A program made the translations under genes and the position numbers. A model generated the notes under the pieces. That model made no database searches and had not been told where the DNA came from. It saw only the letters and a program-made list of their open reading frames with translations. Below are positions 9,370 to 19,506 of a stretch of DNA of 64,000 nucleotides, one piece after another; within the stretch, counting starts at the first letter, position 1, and each line of letters begins with the position of its first letter. This DNA is from an uncultured Bacteroidota bacterium (GTDB taxonomy: Bacteria > Bacteroidota > Bacteroidia > Bacteroidales > JAAUTT01), in the NCBI GenBank assembly GCA_963766305.1, contig CAVYAE010000016.1, positions 132,592 through 196,591 on the forward strand, in the 5' to 3' direction.

Positions 9370-10284
9370 ATGACATTTAATCTAAAACTCTTTTCATCAG
9401 CTCCTGTAATAATTGGAATGGTATTTATCATTGCATCATGTTCTTCAGGCGGAAATAAAAAAACTGCAGTTGTTTCTGTAGATTCAGCTGAACTTGAAAA
9501 AGATATATTTGCAGATATTAGTCATGCAAAACAAATATTTTATTCCCTTCCATCTCCTCTTGAATCTGCAATGCTTATAAAAACCGCAGGAGCCGCCTAT
9601 AACGACAAATATCTTAATGCGCTTACAAATGTTTCAAATTATACAACAAATAAAAGCATGGCTTTAAATTTGGGAATATATATTACAGATTTAAGCTTCG
9701 CCAGTTTATTTGACCAGGCTCAGACAACTATAAAATATATGGAAGTTTCAAAGAAAATGGCAGAAGGGTTGGGCATAACAGATGCTATTGACAAGGAAAC
9801 CATGGACCGTCTTGAGGAAAATATTAATAACAGGGATGTTATTCTGGATATTATTTCTGAAACTTTTATGTCCTCAACAGCTTTTTTAAAGGAAAATGAC
9901 AGACAACCCCTTGCCACTCTTACTTTGGTTGGAGGATGGATAGAGGGCTTATACCTTGCTACCCAATTGGTTGGTGATGCTCCTGTTAAAGATAATAAAA
10001 TAGTAGAAAGGATTGTAGATCAGAAATTATCTCTCGATATGGTTATTAAACTGTTAGAAAATAATAAAGATAATACTGATATAAATCAAACAATACAGCT
10101 GATTAATCAACTGAAAGCAGTTTATGATAAAATAACTATTAAATCAAGTAAAATACAAACAGTTACAGATGCCACAACTAATGTAACCACACTTAAATCA
10201 ATTTCATCATCAAATATAAATCAAATAACTTTTAATGAACTTCGGGAAACAGTAAAGTCATTAAGATCTAATTTTACGCTATAA
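9370..10284 (+). CDS. Lipoprotein of unknown function (predicted mostly helical)
   Basis: 304 aa with lipobox IIASC followed by SSGGNKK. I recognise no family. Confidence 0.5.
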   Translation: MTFNLKLFSSAPVIIGMVFIIASCSSGGNKKTAVVSVDSAELEKDIFADISHAKQIFYSLPSPLESAMLIKTAGAAYNDKYLNALTNVSNYTTNKSMALNLGIYITDLSFASLFDQAQTTIKYMEVSKKMAEGLGITDAIDKETMDRLEENINNRDVILDIISETFMSSTAFLKENDRQPLATLTLVGGWIEGLYLATQLVGDAPVKDNKIVERIVDQKLSLDMVIKLLENNKDNTDINQTIQLINQLKAVYDKITIKSSKIQTVTDATTNVTTLKSISSSNINQITFNELRETVKSLRSNFTL

Positions 10285-10296
10285 ATTTTCATCAGT

Positions 10297-10749
10297 ATGA
10301 AAAAAATATTACCTGTAATTGTATTTTTACTCTGTCTAGTTACCTTAACATCTTTAAAAACATCGGCTCAATGTAAAGGCTTTGCAAAAAAAATATGCAA
10401 AATGGAGCTTTTACCTTATATACATGATGGAAATTATCATGCAGCCATTTTAACTGAAGGAGAAGAAGCCGAATTATATAAAACTTTTTATGCTGATCAG
10501 GAATACAGAATTGCTGTTTGTGGTTCCGAAGCTTTACCGGCCATTGAATTTAAAGTGATAGATGCAAATAGAAATGTTTTGTTTGACAATAGGGATCATA
10601 ATTTGACTAAAACCTGGGATTTTAAACTTCAGTCAAGCCAGCAGTTAAAAATTGTAGTTAAAATACCTGCATCAGCTGAAAAAAAGGCTGATACTGAAAT
10701 TGTTAATGGTTGTGTCGCTATTATGTTCGGTTTTAAAGACAAACAATAG
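10297..10749 (+). CDS. Small secreted Cys-containing protein of unknown function
   Basis: 150 aa. The signal peptide ends TSAQ and is followed by CKGFAKKIC. It starts 12 nt after the preceding gene, so co-transcription is likely. Confidence 0.5.
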   Translation: MKKILPVIVFLLCLVTLTSLKTSAQCKGFAKKICKMELLPYIHDGNYHAAILTEGEEAELYKTFYADQEYRIAVCGSEALPAIEFKVIDANRNVLFDNRDHNLTKTWDFKLQSSQQLKIVVKIPASAEKKADTEIVNGCVAIMFGFKDKQ

Positions 10750-10816
10750 TGTATAGTATTAATTGATTGGTTGTTAGTCACAATTAGCAAGTAATTTTGA
10801 CATAATCAGTAATCCT

Positions 10817-12151
10817 TCATTTGTCATCAGTTATAGTAATTTTATATATTTTACTCGTTGAAGATGTAATTTTATACCTTTCATCAAGACGTTTACCTAT
10901 AATCCATACTATCTGAGAGTTTGATGTTAACAACCATATATTTTCCTTTTCGGGTAAGGACAATTTGATATCTACAAAAAAATCACTTAATTTCTTCATT
11001 CCAGTCATTCCGATTGGTACGAAATAATCTCCGTAATGCCATTTTCTGAGGATTAATGGGAAGACAAGTTTACTGTAGTCTGTATAAGCTATATCTTCAC
11101 TGAAAATCAACTGACCGGGATGATTATATTCTATTTTTTCAAACTTTAAATTAATGGGATAATCTTTCAGTCTGCAATCCTCATCTATGTATATTCTGGT
11201 TTCAGTATTCCCATTATTTTTTGAAATAATATAATAATTGCGGTCTTTTACTAAAATATGTGTTGAGCTGTAAAATTTCTTACCTGAGATAGAAAATCCT
11301 GAAAGGTATATTTCATCTGTCATTGCAGATGAAAATCCATAATGTCTTGTAATTTCAAATAAAATGGTTCTGGGTGCCTTTAACCTCTGTATTTTTTGAA
11401 TATCGATATAAATATACTCCTCATTATAATGCACAACTGATTTAATGTGTTGCTCGAGACTTTCCTTGTATAAAATATTTGCTTCTCCCAAATTATCAAG
11501 TGTACGGGAAAATGTTTTCCTGAAATTTGGGAATACCTGCATTAATTCGGGTATTATATTATGTCGTATGTAATTCCTTATGTATTTATCACTTTTATTA
11601 CTTGAATCTTCCCTGTATGCTATGCTATTTTCATTTGCATATTCAGCAATTTCACCTCTGGTGGCAAACAGTAACGGACGGATTATATTACCGGTTCTGA
11701 ATGAAATTCCTGTAAGTCCTGCAATACCGGTCCCTCTGCCTAACTGTATAAAAAAAGTTTCCATTGCATCGTCCTTATTATGGCCAACAGCAATAAAATT
11801 AAATTTATGTGCTTTTAAAAGTTTCTCAAACCAGGTATACCTTAATTCCCTGGCAGCCATTTGAATTGAAAGGTGATTTTCAGACGCGTATTCTTCTGTT
11901 TCTAGTTTTGAAACAAAAATATTATAATTAAGTAACCCGGCTTGCTGTCTTACGAACTGTTCATCAAAATCAGATTCCTCTCCCCTTAACTGAAAATTAC
12001 AATGAGCAACAGTACAATTTAACTCTAACCTGTAGAACAGATTCATCATTACCATTGAATCAATGCCTCCGCTTACAGCAAGTAAAACAGTTGATTCGGG
12101 GGTAATAAATCCAGGTTCTTTTATAAAAGATTTAAACTGTTCGAATAGCAT
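10817..12151 (-). CDS. tilS: tRNA(Ile)-lysidine synthetase
   Basis: 444 aa with the PP-loop motif SGGIDSMV near the N-terminus. Length and C-terminal domain are typical of TilS. Confidence 0.9.
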   Translation of the reverse strand: MLFEQFKSFIKEPGFITPESTVLLAVSGGIDSMVMMNLFYRLELNCTVAHCNFQLRGEESDFDEQFVRQQAGLLNYNIFVSKLETEEYASENHLSIQMAARELRYTWFEKLLKAHKFNFIAVGHNKDDAMETFFIQLGRGTGIAGLTGISFRTGNIIRPLLFATRGEIAEYANENSIAYREDSSNKSDKYIRNYIRHNIIPELMQVFPNFRKTFSRTLDNLGEANILYKESLEQHIKSVVHYNEEYIYIDIQKIQRLKAPRTILFEITRHYGFSSAMTDEIYLSGFSISGKKFYSSTHILVKDRNYYIISKNNGNTETRIYIDEDCRLKDYPINLKFEKIEYNHPGQLIFSEDIAYTDYSKLVFPLILRKWHYGDYFVPIGMTGMKKLSDFFVDIKLSLPEKENIWLLTSNSQIVWIIGKRLDERYKITSSTSKIYKITITDDK

Positions 12152-12220
12152 ATTAATTAGAAGAGTAGGATAGAAGGAATGGAGAGTTAGTTTGTGGAGA
12201 GCAGTGGATCAGGAGCGCAT

Positions 12221-12297
12221 AAAAAAAGTAGCAAAGCAGGAGAGTTTGTTAAAGGTATAAAAGTGTTCATTTCTTTCCTGCTTTACTGCATTTTTTT
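12221..12297 (-). terminator. Putative terminator downstream of the peroxiredoxin gene (possibly bidirectional)
   Basis: aaagcagga (12233..12241) pairs with tcctgcttt (12276..12284). An A7 run (12221..12227, U-run on the minus transcript) flanks one side and a T7 run (12291..12297) the other. The loop is large, about 34 nt. Confidence 0.45.
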
Positions 12298-12930
12298 CTA
12301 TTTGCCGGCAAGATATGAAGAGATACCTTCCTGAGTTGCTTTAAGGGCTTTATCCCCTTTATGCCAGTTGGCCGGACATACTTCACCATTTTCTTCGAAA
12401 TACTGTAAAGCATCCACCATCCTTAAAGCTTCATCAACACTTCTGCCCAAAGGCATGTCGTTTACTAACTGATGACGAACCAAGCCATTCTTATCTATCA
12501 GGAATAATCCCCTGTATGCTTTAGGATCGCCAACAAAGGTTACTTTACCTTCTTCATCGTATTCGTAACTGCCTGCAAGAACATCATAATTTTCTGCAAT
12601 AGTTTTAGAGAAGTCGGCAATTAACGGAAATTTAACTCCTTTAATTCCACCTTCCTTTTGTTCAGTTTGAAGCCATTTCCAGTGTGAAAATTCTGAATCA
12701 ACCGATACTCCAATAATTACTGTGTTTCTTTTTTCAAACTCATGTAATTTGTCCTGGAATGCAATTATTTCTGTTGGACAAACAAAAGTGAAATCTGCAG
12801 GATAAAAGAATAGTACAACATACTTTTTTCCAAAAAACTGTTCTAGTGAAAAATCATTAACAATTTCTCCTCCTTTTACAACTGCGGAAGATGTAAATAA
12901 TGGTGCTTTTTTACCAACTAATACTGCCAT
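12298..12930 (-). CDS. ahpC: Typical 2-Cys peroxiredoxin (AhpC/Prx1 family)
   Basis: 210 aa. Peroxidatic Cys lies in FYPADFTFVCPTE and resolving Cys in EVCPANW. Confidence 0.9.
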   Translation of the reverse strand: MAVLVGKKAPLFTSSAVVKGGEIVNDFSLEQFFGKKYVVLFFYPADFTFVCPTEIIAFQDKLHEFEKRNTVIIGVSVDSEFSHWKWLQTEQKEGGIKGVKFPLIADFSKTIAENYDVLAGSYEYDEEGKVTFVGDPKAYRGLFLIDKNGLVRHQLVNDMPLGRSVDEALRMVDALQYFEENGEVCPANWHKGDKALKATQEGISSYLAGK

Positions 12931-13074
12931 AATTAATTATTATTAAATTATTGTTTATTGTTTTATATTATTTGTTAAATAGAAATATTCAACAACGATA
13001 TGTAAATTTAGTTTAAACTGGTTCAAGTTAATATAAAATCTAAAAACTTACAACATACTATTGATAACTATTTA

Positions 13075-14790
13075 TTAATATGCAAATAATCCTGGCGGCT
13101 GGGGTATAAAGGTAGGAAGTGAAAGAAGCGGTTCTCCTGAAAGGTTGAAAGGATAGGTTGTGGAACCTGCAGGAATAAACGGGTAAAAAGAAAACCGGAA
13201 CTGTATAGTATTAAAAACTAACCTATCATTACGAATTCGTATACCCAGGCCTATACCTGAATAAGGCATATTTTTTAAAATTTTGTCACTCGAATAGTTA
13301 AGCCAGGAGAAATCACCGGAAACAAAAAATACAATTCTGAAATCATAAAATGATAGAGGAGTAAAACATACACTTTCCAAATGAATATTTAACCTGGTGG
13401 AACCTCTTACAGAATCGTTTTCATAACCGGGGATTCCACCTAAATTATTGCTTGACAGGTATTCATCCTGAAACCTGTTTATTCCCCTGATATAATCTAT
13501 ATTACAAAACTGACGGAATTTGTAACGTTCTATCTTAAACAATGGCGAATAATAATGTAAGCTGGCAGTTTCAATTCCTTGTTCAAGCCGTTGTACATCA
13601 TCTATAAAACTTCCTGCCGACAAGGCCCAGTAAAAGTATCCCAAATTACTGTAATAAATGCTTCTGCCTGCCATTATCCCTCCATATCTTCTGGGTCCGA
13701 ACTGATTATTTTCAAAACCTGCACAGAACTGCAGCACACCACCAATAGGAATATCTTCAGTACGGCCAAAATTATATATCAAATTGCTTTTCATGTAACT
13801 TTGTTTTGTAAACGCTACCGAACCAAGAAAAAGAGTTTTATTTTGCAAACTGTAATACATATTTTTTGTAATGTCAGGCTTTTCGGGTAAGCCGTCATGT
13901 ATTACGCGGGCTGCAACTGTTATATTCCTGCGCATTTTTGTGAAACTGTTTTTATCTGAAAATAAAAATGATCGTCCCAGCCAAATATCGTAATGATTGT
14001 CACGCACTGTATAATTGGAAGTTGTGTCAAAGGTAAGCGGTATGTACAACTTTGATTGAATAAGGGATATACCACCTCCATACTTAATATTGGGAGTAAT
14101 AAAAGTACGATCTATGCTTAGGTTCATACTTTCGTTTTGAAAAGCATTTAAATAAGAAATAGAAGCATTAATAAATGTTTTGGAAATATTAACCAGGCCA
14201 TAACTTCCATGGTAACCTGCTTTTGGTTCCTGAGATTCACTCCATAGTAAGGTATTTTCAATCTGATGCCCATAACCTAATAAATTTCTGTTCCATAGCT
14301 GAATATTTCCCGATTGGGGATCACTGATTCCAATATTAAACGCCACCGGCCAGTTATCTTTAGTTATCACTAAAACATCAACGGAATCTTTAGCGTGTTC
14401 TGCAGGGATAACTATTATTTTGGCATCATCCAGATATGGCAGGGCACGAAGCAGTCGTTCATCATCTGCTATTGTCACAGGATTCAGTAAGTCTCCCTCT
14501 TTAAAAAATAAGTTATTTGTAATTAAGTACGGTTTGGATTGAAAATGTAACCTGTTGCTTGTTTGTTCGATCCATGTATTAGCTTTTCTGGTTGTATCGT
14601 GAATTGTGGGGCCAAATACATCTAATTGTTTAATAATAACCTTTCTGATTGGTTGTCCGCTAAAACTCAAATATGGAGATACGCTATTGTAACTGGTTAT
14701 AAAAGAATCTATATTGGTACCTTTATTCGAATGAACCAGAGTATTATATAATTCCCTGAACATACGGTGTTTATGAAATTTGTCCTCCAT
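13075..14790 (-). CDS. Omp85/BamA-family-like outer-membrane beta-barrel protein (putative)
   Basis: 571 aa from the first ATG, with a beta-rich aromatic-alternating C-terminal half and a NRNLLGYGHQ segment like Omp85 proteins. The frame stays open 86 codons further upstream, to 15048, and there encodes a signal peptide without a canonical start. See findings. Confidence 0.5.
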   Translation of the reverse strand: MEDKFHKHRMFRELYNTLVHSNKGTNIDSFITSYNSVSPYLSFSGQPIRKVIIKQLDVFGPTIHDTTRKANTWIEQTSNRLHFQSKPYLITNNLFFKEGDLLNPVTIADDERLLRALPYLDDAKIIVIPAEHAKDSVDVLVITKDNWPVAFNIGISDPQSGNIQLWNRNLLGYGHQIENTLLWSESQEPKAGYHGSYGLVNISKTFINASISYLNAFQNESMNLSIDRTFITPNIKYGGGISLIQSKLYIPLTFDTTSNYTVRDNHYDIWLGRSFLFSDKNSFTKMRRNITVAARVIHDGLPEKPDITKNMYYSLQNKTLFLGSVAFTKQSYMKSNLIYNFGRTEDIPIGGVLQFCAGFENNQFGPRRYGGIMAGRSIYYSNLGYFYWALSAGSFIDDVQRLEQGIETASLHYYSPLFKIERYKFRQFCNIDYIRGINRFQDEYLSSNNLGGIPGYENDSVRGSTRLNIHLESVCFTPLSFYDFRIVFFVSGDFSWLNYSSDKILKNMPYSGIGLGIRIRNDRLVFNTIQFRFSFYPFIPAGSTTYPFNLSGEPLLSLPTFIPQPPGLFAY

Positions 14791-15059
14791 TTGATTATAA
14801 AATTCCTCACTTTTATTGTCCTCTATTTCATATTTTATTTTTGAAGGAATTAAAAATACAGTATCCTTATTAATAAAGAAGGTTTTTTTGTTAATTGAAA
14901 TATACTGGCCTTTTTTTACTATGACTGTATCAACTGAAACATTAGTGACACTTTTTTGACTATAACATACATGAGGTACCCATATTAAACAGATAACAAA
15001 AGTTAAAAATCCTATGAAGTTATTACTGCGAATAGAATCAAATTTTAATTAATAGTATA

Positions 15060-16535
15060 TCAGTACGCCCTGGCAAAAACTACGCGCTGGGTTGAAGGTT
15101 TACCTGTTCTTATGCAAAATCCTGCTTCTTTTACATTATCTAATGGAATGCAGCGAATCGTAGCCTTGGTTTCATCTTTTATTAATGTCTCGGTTTCTGA
15201 GGTACCATCCCAGTGTGCAAGAATAAATCCACCTTTATCGTCGAGAATATTCTTAAATTCATCGTATGAATCTGTTTTAAAAGTATGTTCCTGACGGAAA
15301 GTAAAAGCCTTGGAGTATAAGTTTTTCTGAATATTATCCAGCAATCCGGTCACGAAATTAACGCAGTTATCCATAGGAATGACTTGCTTTTCAAGAGTAT
15401 CGCGCCTTGCTATTTCAACAGTATTATTTTCAATATCCCGCGATCCTATTGCTATTCTGACAGGAACTCCTTTCATCTCATGTTCTGCAAATTTATACCC
15501 CGGTTTGTAAGTATCCCGGTCGTCAAAATTCACTGTCAGTCCTTTTGATTCCAATAGTTTTTTTAATGGTAATATCTTTTCAGAAATTAACGTAAGTTGT
15601 TCTGGTTTATTATAAATAGGTACTATTACAACCTGCACTGGTGCAAGTTTTGGTGGTAAAACCAGTCCATTATCATCTGAATGGGCCATAACGAGTGCTC
15701 CCATGAGACGAGTTGAAACCCCCCAAGAAGTAGCCCATACATAATCCATTTTACCTTCCCTGTTAGTAAATTTTACGTCGAAGGCTTTTGCAAAGTTTTG
15801 TCCCAGAAAATGAGATGTACCGGATTGCAGAGCCTTACCATCCTGCATCAGTGCTTCTATGGAAAGCGAATCAACAGCACCTGCAAATCTTTCATTGGGA
15901 GTCTTTATTCCTTTGATAACCGGTATACTTAAATATTCTTCAGCAAAAGTAGAATATACTCCTGCCATTTTATATGTTTCTTCAATGGCTTCCTGTTCTG
16001 TAGCATGAGCAGTATGTCCTTCCTGCCATAAAAATTCTGCAGTTCTCAGGAACAAACGTGTACGCATTTCCCATCTTACAATATTGGCCCATTGGTTAAC
16101 CAATAATGGAAGGTCACGGTATGACTGTATCCATCCCCTGTAAGTATTCCAGATGATTGTTTCTGAAGTAGGCCGGATTATTAATTCTTCTTCCAGTTTT
16201 GCATCTTCATCCACAATAATTCCTGTGCCATTCGGATCATTTTTCAGTCTGTAATGAGTAACTACAGCACACTCTTTTGCAAACCCTTCAACATGACTTG
16301 CTTCCTTACTAAAAAACGATTTTGGTATTAATAATGGAAAATATGCATTTGAATGACCTGTGTCCTTGATCATTTTATTAAGTATTTCCTGCATTTTTTC
16401 CCAAATGGCATATCCATAGGGTTTAATCACCATGCAACCCCTGACTGCGGAATTCTCTGCTAATCCGGCTTTTAACACCAAATCATTGTACCATTGCGAA
16501 TAATTTTCTGTTCTGCTTGTAATTTCTTTAGCCAT
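15060..16535 (-). CDS. proS: Proline--tRNA ligase (archaeal/eukaryote-like type)
   Basis: 491 aa. The N-terminus, [37 protein letters not shown], is characteristic of this ProRS type. Confidence 0.95.
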   Translation of the reverse strand: MAKEITSRTENYSQWYNDLVLKAGLAENSAVRGCMVIKPYGYAIWEKMQEILNKMIKDTGHSNAYFPLLIPKSFFSKEASHVEGFAKECAVVTHYRLKNDPNGTGIIVDEDAKLEEELIIRPTSETIIWNTYRGWIQSYRDLPLLVNQWANIVRWEMRTRLFLRTAEFLWQEGHTAHATEQEAIEETYKMAGVYSTFAEEYLSIPVIKGIKTPNERFAGAVDSLSIEALMQDGKALQSGTSHFLGQNFAKAFDVKFTNREGKMDYVWATSWGVSTRLMGALVMAHSDDNGLVLPPKLAPVQVVIVPIYNKPEQLTLISEKILPLKKLLESKGLTVNFDDRDTYKPGYKFAEHEMKGVPVRIAIGSRDIENNTVEIARRDTLEKQVIPMDNCVNFVTGLLDNIQKNLYSKAFTFRQEHTFKTDSYDEFKNILDDKGGFILAHWDGTSETETLIKDETKATIRCIPLDNVKEAGFCIRTGKPSTQRVVFARAY

Positions 16536-16640
16536 CTACTTGTTTGGTATAGAATTTGTATATTTTTATCTGAAATTTTTACAATTGCAAAGTAAATAAA
16601 ATTGAATTAATACCACACCTAACTTAACGGAGGACGAGTC

Positions 16641-17801
16641 ATGAAATCGAAAATTGTCATACAATTATTTTTTACACTGATAATCAGTGCTTGCTCTTCC
16701 AGCGTTTTTGTCATTTATGGACAACAGGATGATATTTATTATGTTCCAGGTAAAAATGGAACAACCAATCAAACCATTACTGCTAATTCGTCTGACAAAA
16801 ATAGCGGAGGAATGTCTGATTATGAAAAATATCGAAAATCTCTTGAAGAAAATGAGAACTCAATGGCATCTGACAGTAACAAAATGGCAATGAATTCTCA
16901 AACACAAAGAGACTCTCTTAATTCTTCAGGTTCTAAAAATCAAAACAGCTCTGATCAGGAGCCAAATGTACAAACAAAAAATTATAATAGTGATGATGGA
17001 GATGCTGTAGTAAACAATTATTATCCGGACGGAGGTTATATTTATACTGCCAGAATCAGAAGATTTCACAATGGATTGGGATTAGGCTATTATGATCCCT
17101 ATTTTGTAGATCCTTATTGGTACGATCCATATGATTGTTACTGGTGTCTGGGTTATGGCTGGGGATATTATGATCCATGGTTATATCCGGGCTGGGGTTT
17201 GGGATTCTATTATCCATCCTATTGGGGCTGGGGAGGCTACTACGGTGGATGGAGAGGATACTATGGCGGCTGGCGTGGTTACCATGGCGGCTGGGGTGGT
17301 TACCATGGTGGCTGGGGTGGTGGTTATGGTCCGGGATTTAATGGAAGGTATGCCGGCGGATATGGTGCTCTGAACGGTCGTGGTTATTATAATGGTCTTT
17401 CAGAGGCATCCAGATTTTCAGGTGGTTCTTCATACCGTACAGGTGTTAACAACCAGTTACGACAGGAAAATATTCAAAACTCAGCAACCAGAACCGTTTC
17501 CCCCACACGTTCAATGTACGCCAGAAGTACTTCTGAAGGAAACGGCAACAGCATGAGAACCTATACTCCAAGTTATAGCAAACCACAATCCTCATATGGC
17601 AGATCATCCTATAACCAATCTTCTTTAAGAACTGGTGGTACAGTGTCTTCAGGAAGACAGGTTTCTTCAGGCAGACAATCTTCTTCTTCATCTGCTGTAA
17701 GGTCAGGTAATTCATCATATTCAAGGTCTTCATATTCTTCAGGTGGTGGTGGAAGAGGCGGATTTCATGGTGGTGGCGGACATGGCGGAGGACGCCGGTA
17801 A
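16641..17801 (+). CDS. Low-complexity lipoprotein with a Gly/Tyr/Trp-rich heptad-repeat core and a Ser/Arg/Gly-rich tail
   Basis: 386 aa with lipobox LIISAC. It has an N/S/D/Q-rich linker, then an aromatic core (YYDPYFVDPYWYDPY...), then five W-x-G-Y-x-G-G heptads encoded by 21-nt repeats at 17229..17333. The tail ends GGGGRGGFHGGGGHGGGRR. Confidence 0.7.
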   Translation: MKSKIVIQLFFTLIISACSSSVFVIYGQQDDIYYVPGKNGTTNQTITANSSDKNSGGMSDYEKYRKSLEENENSMASDSNKMAMNSQTQRDSLNSSGSKNQNSSDQEPNVQTKNYNSDDGDAVVNNYYPDGGYIYTARIRRFHNGLGLGYYDPYFVDPYWYDPYDCYWCLGYGWGYYDPWLYPGWGLGFYYPSYWGWGGYYGGWRGYYGGWRGYHGGWGGYHGGWGGGYGPGFNGRYAGGYGALNGRGYYNGLSEASRFSGGSSYRTGVNNQLRQENIQNSATRTVSPTRSMYARSTSEGNGNSMRTYTPSYSKPQSSYGRSSYNQSSLRTGGTVSSGRQVSSGRQSSSSSAVRSGNSSYSRSSYSSGGGGRGGFHGGGGHGGGRR

Positions 17802-17855
17802 TTCGGACATTACTTTTTATTTGCAAATAACCATTTTAAACCAAATTATTTGAAT

Positions 17856-19343
17856 ATGAAAAGGTATTTGATTATTCTTATATTAATCATAGCTAATAAA
17901 TTAATTTGTTGGGCCCAGTTATTCCCTGAAGATATGCTCAGGTTTTCACAGCAGTATCCATGGGGAACTGCACGATCAATGAGTATGAGCGGGGCTTTTG
18001 GTGCACTTGGCGGGGACCTGTCTTCATTTAGTATTAATCCTGCAGGAATAGGTGTATACCGGTCTTCTGAGTTTGCTTTTTCACCTTCCCTGGGTTTTAA
18101 TAATGCCGGTACAATGTTCGGACAATCAGTAAACAGTTATAGTAACCAGGGAAATTTAAGTAATATAGGGTTTGTTTCATCATATATCAATAATAAAACT
18201 GACGGCTGGATAGGTATAAATTTTGGGGTATCCTACAACAGAACCAACGATTTTTACAGGACAGTTACTATGCAACGAAATGATGCAGCCAGTTCTCTGC
18301 TTGACCAGTTCGACTTTAATGCATATAACAATATTGCAAATAATGGGTTGAATTCCTTTTATGAAGGATTAGGTATTCAAACAGGGGCATTATATTCAAA
18401 TACAAACGGAGACTCTGTTTTTTCATATTATACAAAAAGCAGACAACACAGTGAATTTCAGCAGGAGACAAGAAATATATCCGGTGGTATGGGTGAATGG
18501 GCCTTTTCCCTGGGTAGCAATTACAATAATACTTTATACCTGGGTTTTACAATTGGTATTGATGAGTTAAATTATCATGAAGATGATCCATTATATGAAC
18601 AGGCTCCATCCGGGGTTCAGAATTTGTCATCTTTTACTTTTACCCAGCATTTCAATGTAGTGGGAGATGGTGTTAACTTTAAGTTAGGAGCAATTTATAA
18701 ACCGGTTAACTGGATCAGAATAGGAGCTGCAATTCATACTCCTACCTCATGGAATTTACATTCTGATTACAATACTTCAATGGTTACATTGGATAAAGAT
18801 GGAAATGGTTCAGCAGCATCCTCAGGAGTGCTTGCATTTAACAATTCCCTCAATACACCTTGGAAAGCAGTATTTAGCGCGGCAATACTTTTTAGTCAAT
18901 ACGGATTAATTAGTATTGACGATGAGATCCTCAATTACAGGAATATGAATATATCAGGTGATTTTGTATCCAGTCAGAACGATTCGGTTGGATCGATGTA
19001 CAAAACTGTTAATAATTGCAGGATTGGTGCTGAAGGCCGGTTGGGTCAATTATCACTAAGGGTAGGTTATGGATTTTACGCAAGTCCTTATGCTTCTGAT
19101 CAGTTGAACCACAATACTACTTATCAGAGTTATTCAGCCGGTTTTGGCGTTCGATCCACGCATTGTTACCTTGATTTTGCCTATTTTTTACTAAAATATC
19201 CAGAACATTACACCTTGTATAATTATAATGAAGTGTATAACAACAACGGAACTATATCATGGATAAACAATCCAATTTCAAATACTGCTAAAACAGAATA
19301 TAATATTAATCAAATTGTTATGACATTAGGTTTTAAGTTTTAA
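17856..19343 (+). CDS. FadL/TodX-like or PorV-like outer-membrane beta-barrel protein
   Basis: The signal peptide ends CWAQ. The N-terminal motif ARSMSMSGAFGALGGDLSSFSINPAGIG resembles the FadL/PorV family start, and the C-terminus ends in Phe. The track ORF opens at TTG 17850; the ATG is at 17856. Confidence 0.6.
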   Translation: MKRYLIILILIIANKLICWAQLFPEDMLRFSQQYPWGTARSMSMSGAFGALGGDLSSFSINPAGIGVYRSSEFAFSPSLGFNNAGTMFGQSVNSYSNQGNLSNIGFVSSYINNKTDGWIGINFGVSYNRTNDFYRTVTMQRNDAASSLLDQFDFNAYNNIANNGLNSFYEGLGIQTGALYSNTNGDSVFSYYTKSRQHSEFQQETRNISGGMGEWAFSLGSNYNNTLYLGFTIGIDELNYHEDDPLYEQAPSGVQNLSSFTFTQHFNVVGDGVNFKLGAIYKPVNWIRIGAAIHTPTSWNLHSDYNTSMVTLDKDGNGSAASSGVLAFNNSLNTPWKAVFSAAILFSQYGLISIDDEILNYRNMNISGDFVSSQNDSVGSMYKTVNNCRIGAEGRLGQLSLRVGYGFYASPYASDQLNHNTTYQSYSAGFGVRSTHCYLDFAYFLLKYPEHYTLYNYNEVYNNNGTISWINNPISNTAKTEYNINQIVMTLGFKF

Positions 19344-19391
19344 GTGTAAGATAGTTTTTAGGTTTTCTGTTTAATTGGTTTTAGGGTTGAA

Positions 19392-19418
19392 GCCGCTCCG
19401 AAAGGGGCGGCTTTTTTT
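19392..19418 (+). terminator. Rho-independent terminator
   Basis: gccgctcc (19392..19399), loop gaaa, ggggcggc (19404..19411), then T7. It lies 49 nt after the stop codon of the barrel gene. Confidence 0.85.
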
Positions 19419-19506
19419 AACCTGTATTTTAAATAAAAAATATACAATTAAAAATTAAAAATTACCTAACTTAGTATAAGATGCAACATCTGTTAAATCG
19501 TAACTT

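Noticed and set aside
17131-17826. ORFs 17131..17373 (+, alternative frame) and 17446..17826 (-) overlapping the Gly/Tyr/Trp-rich gene
   Set aside because: Repetitive GGN/TAY/TGG coding sequence keeps other frames open by chance. Only the 16641..17801 frame has a lipoprotein signal and a coherent domain layout.
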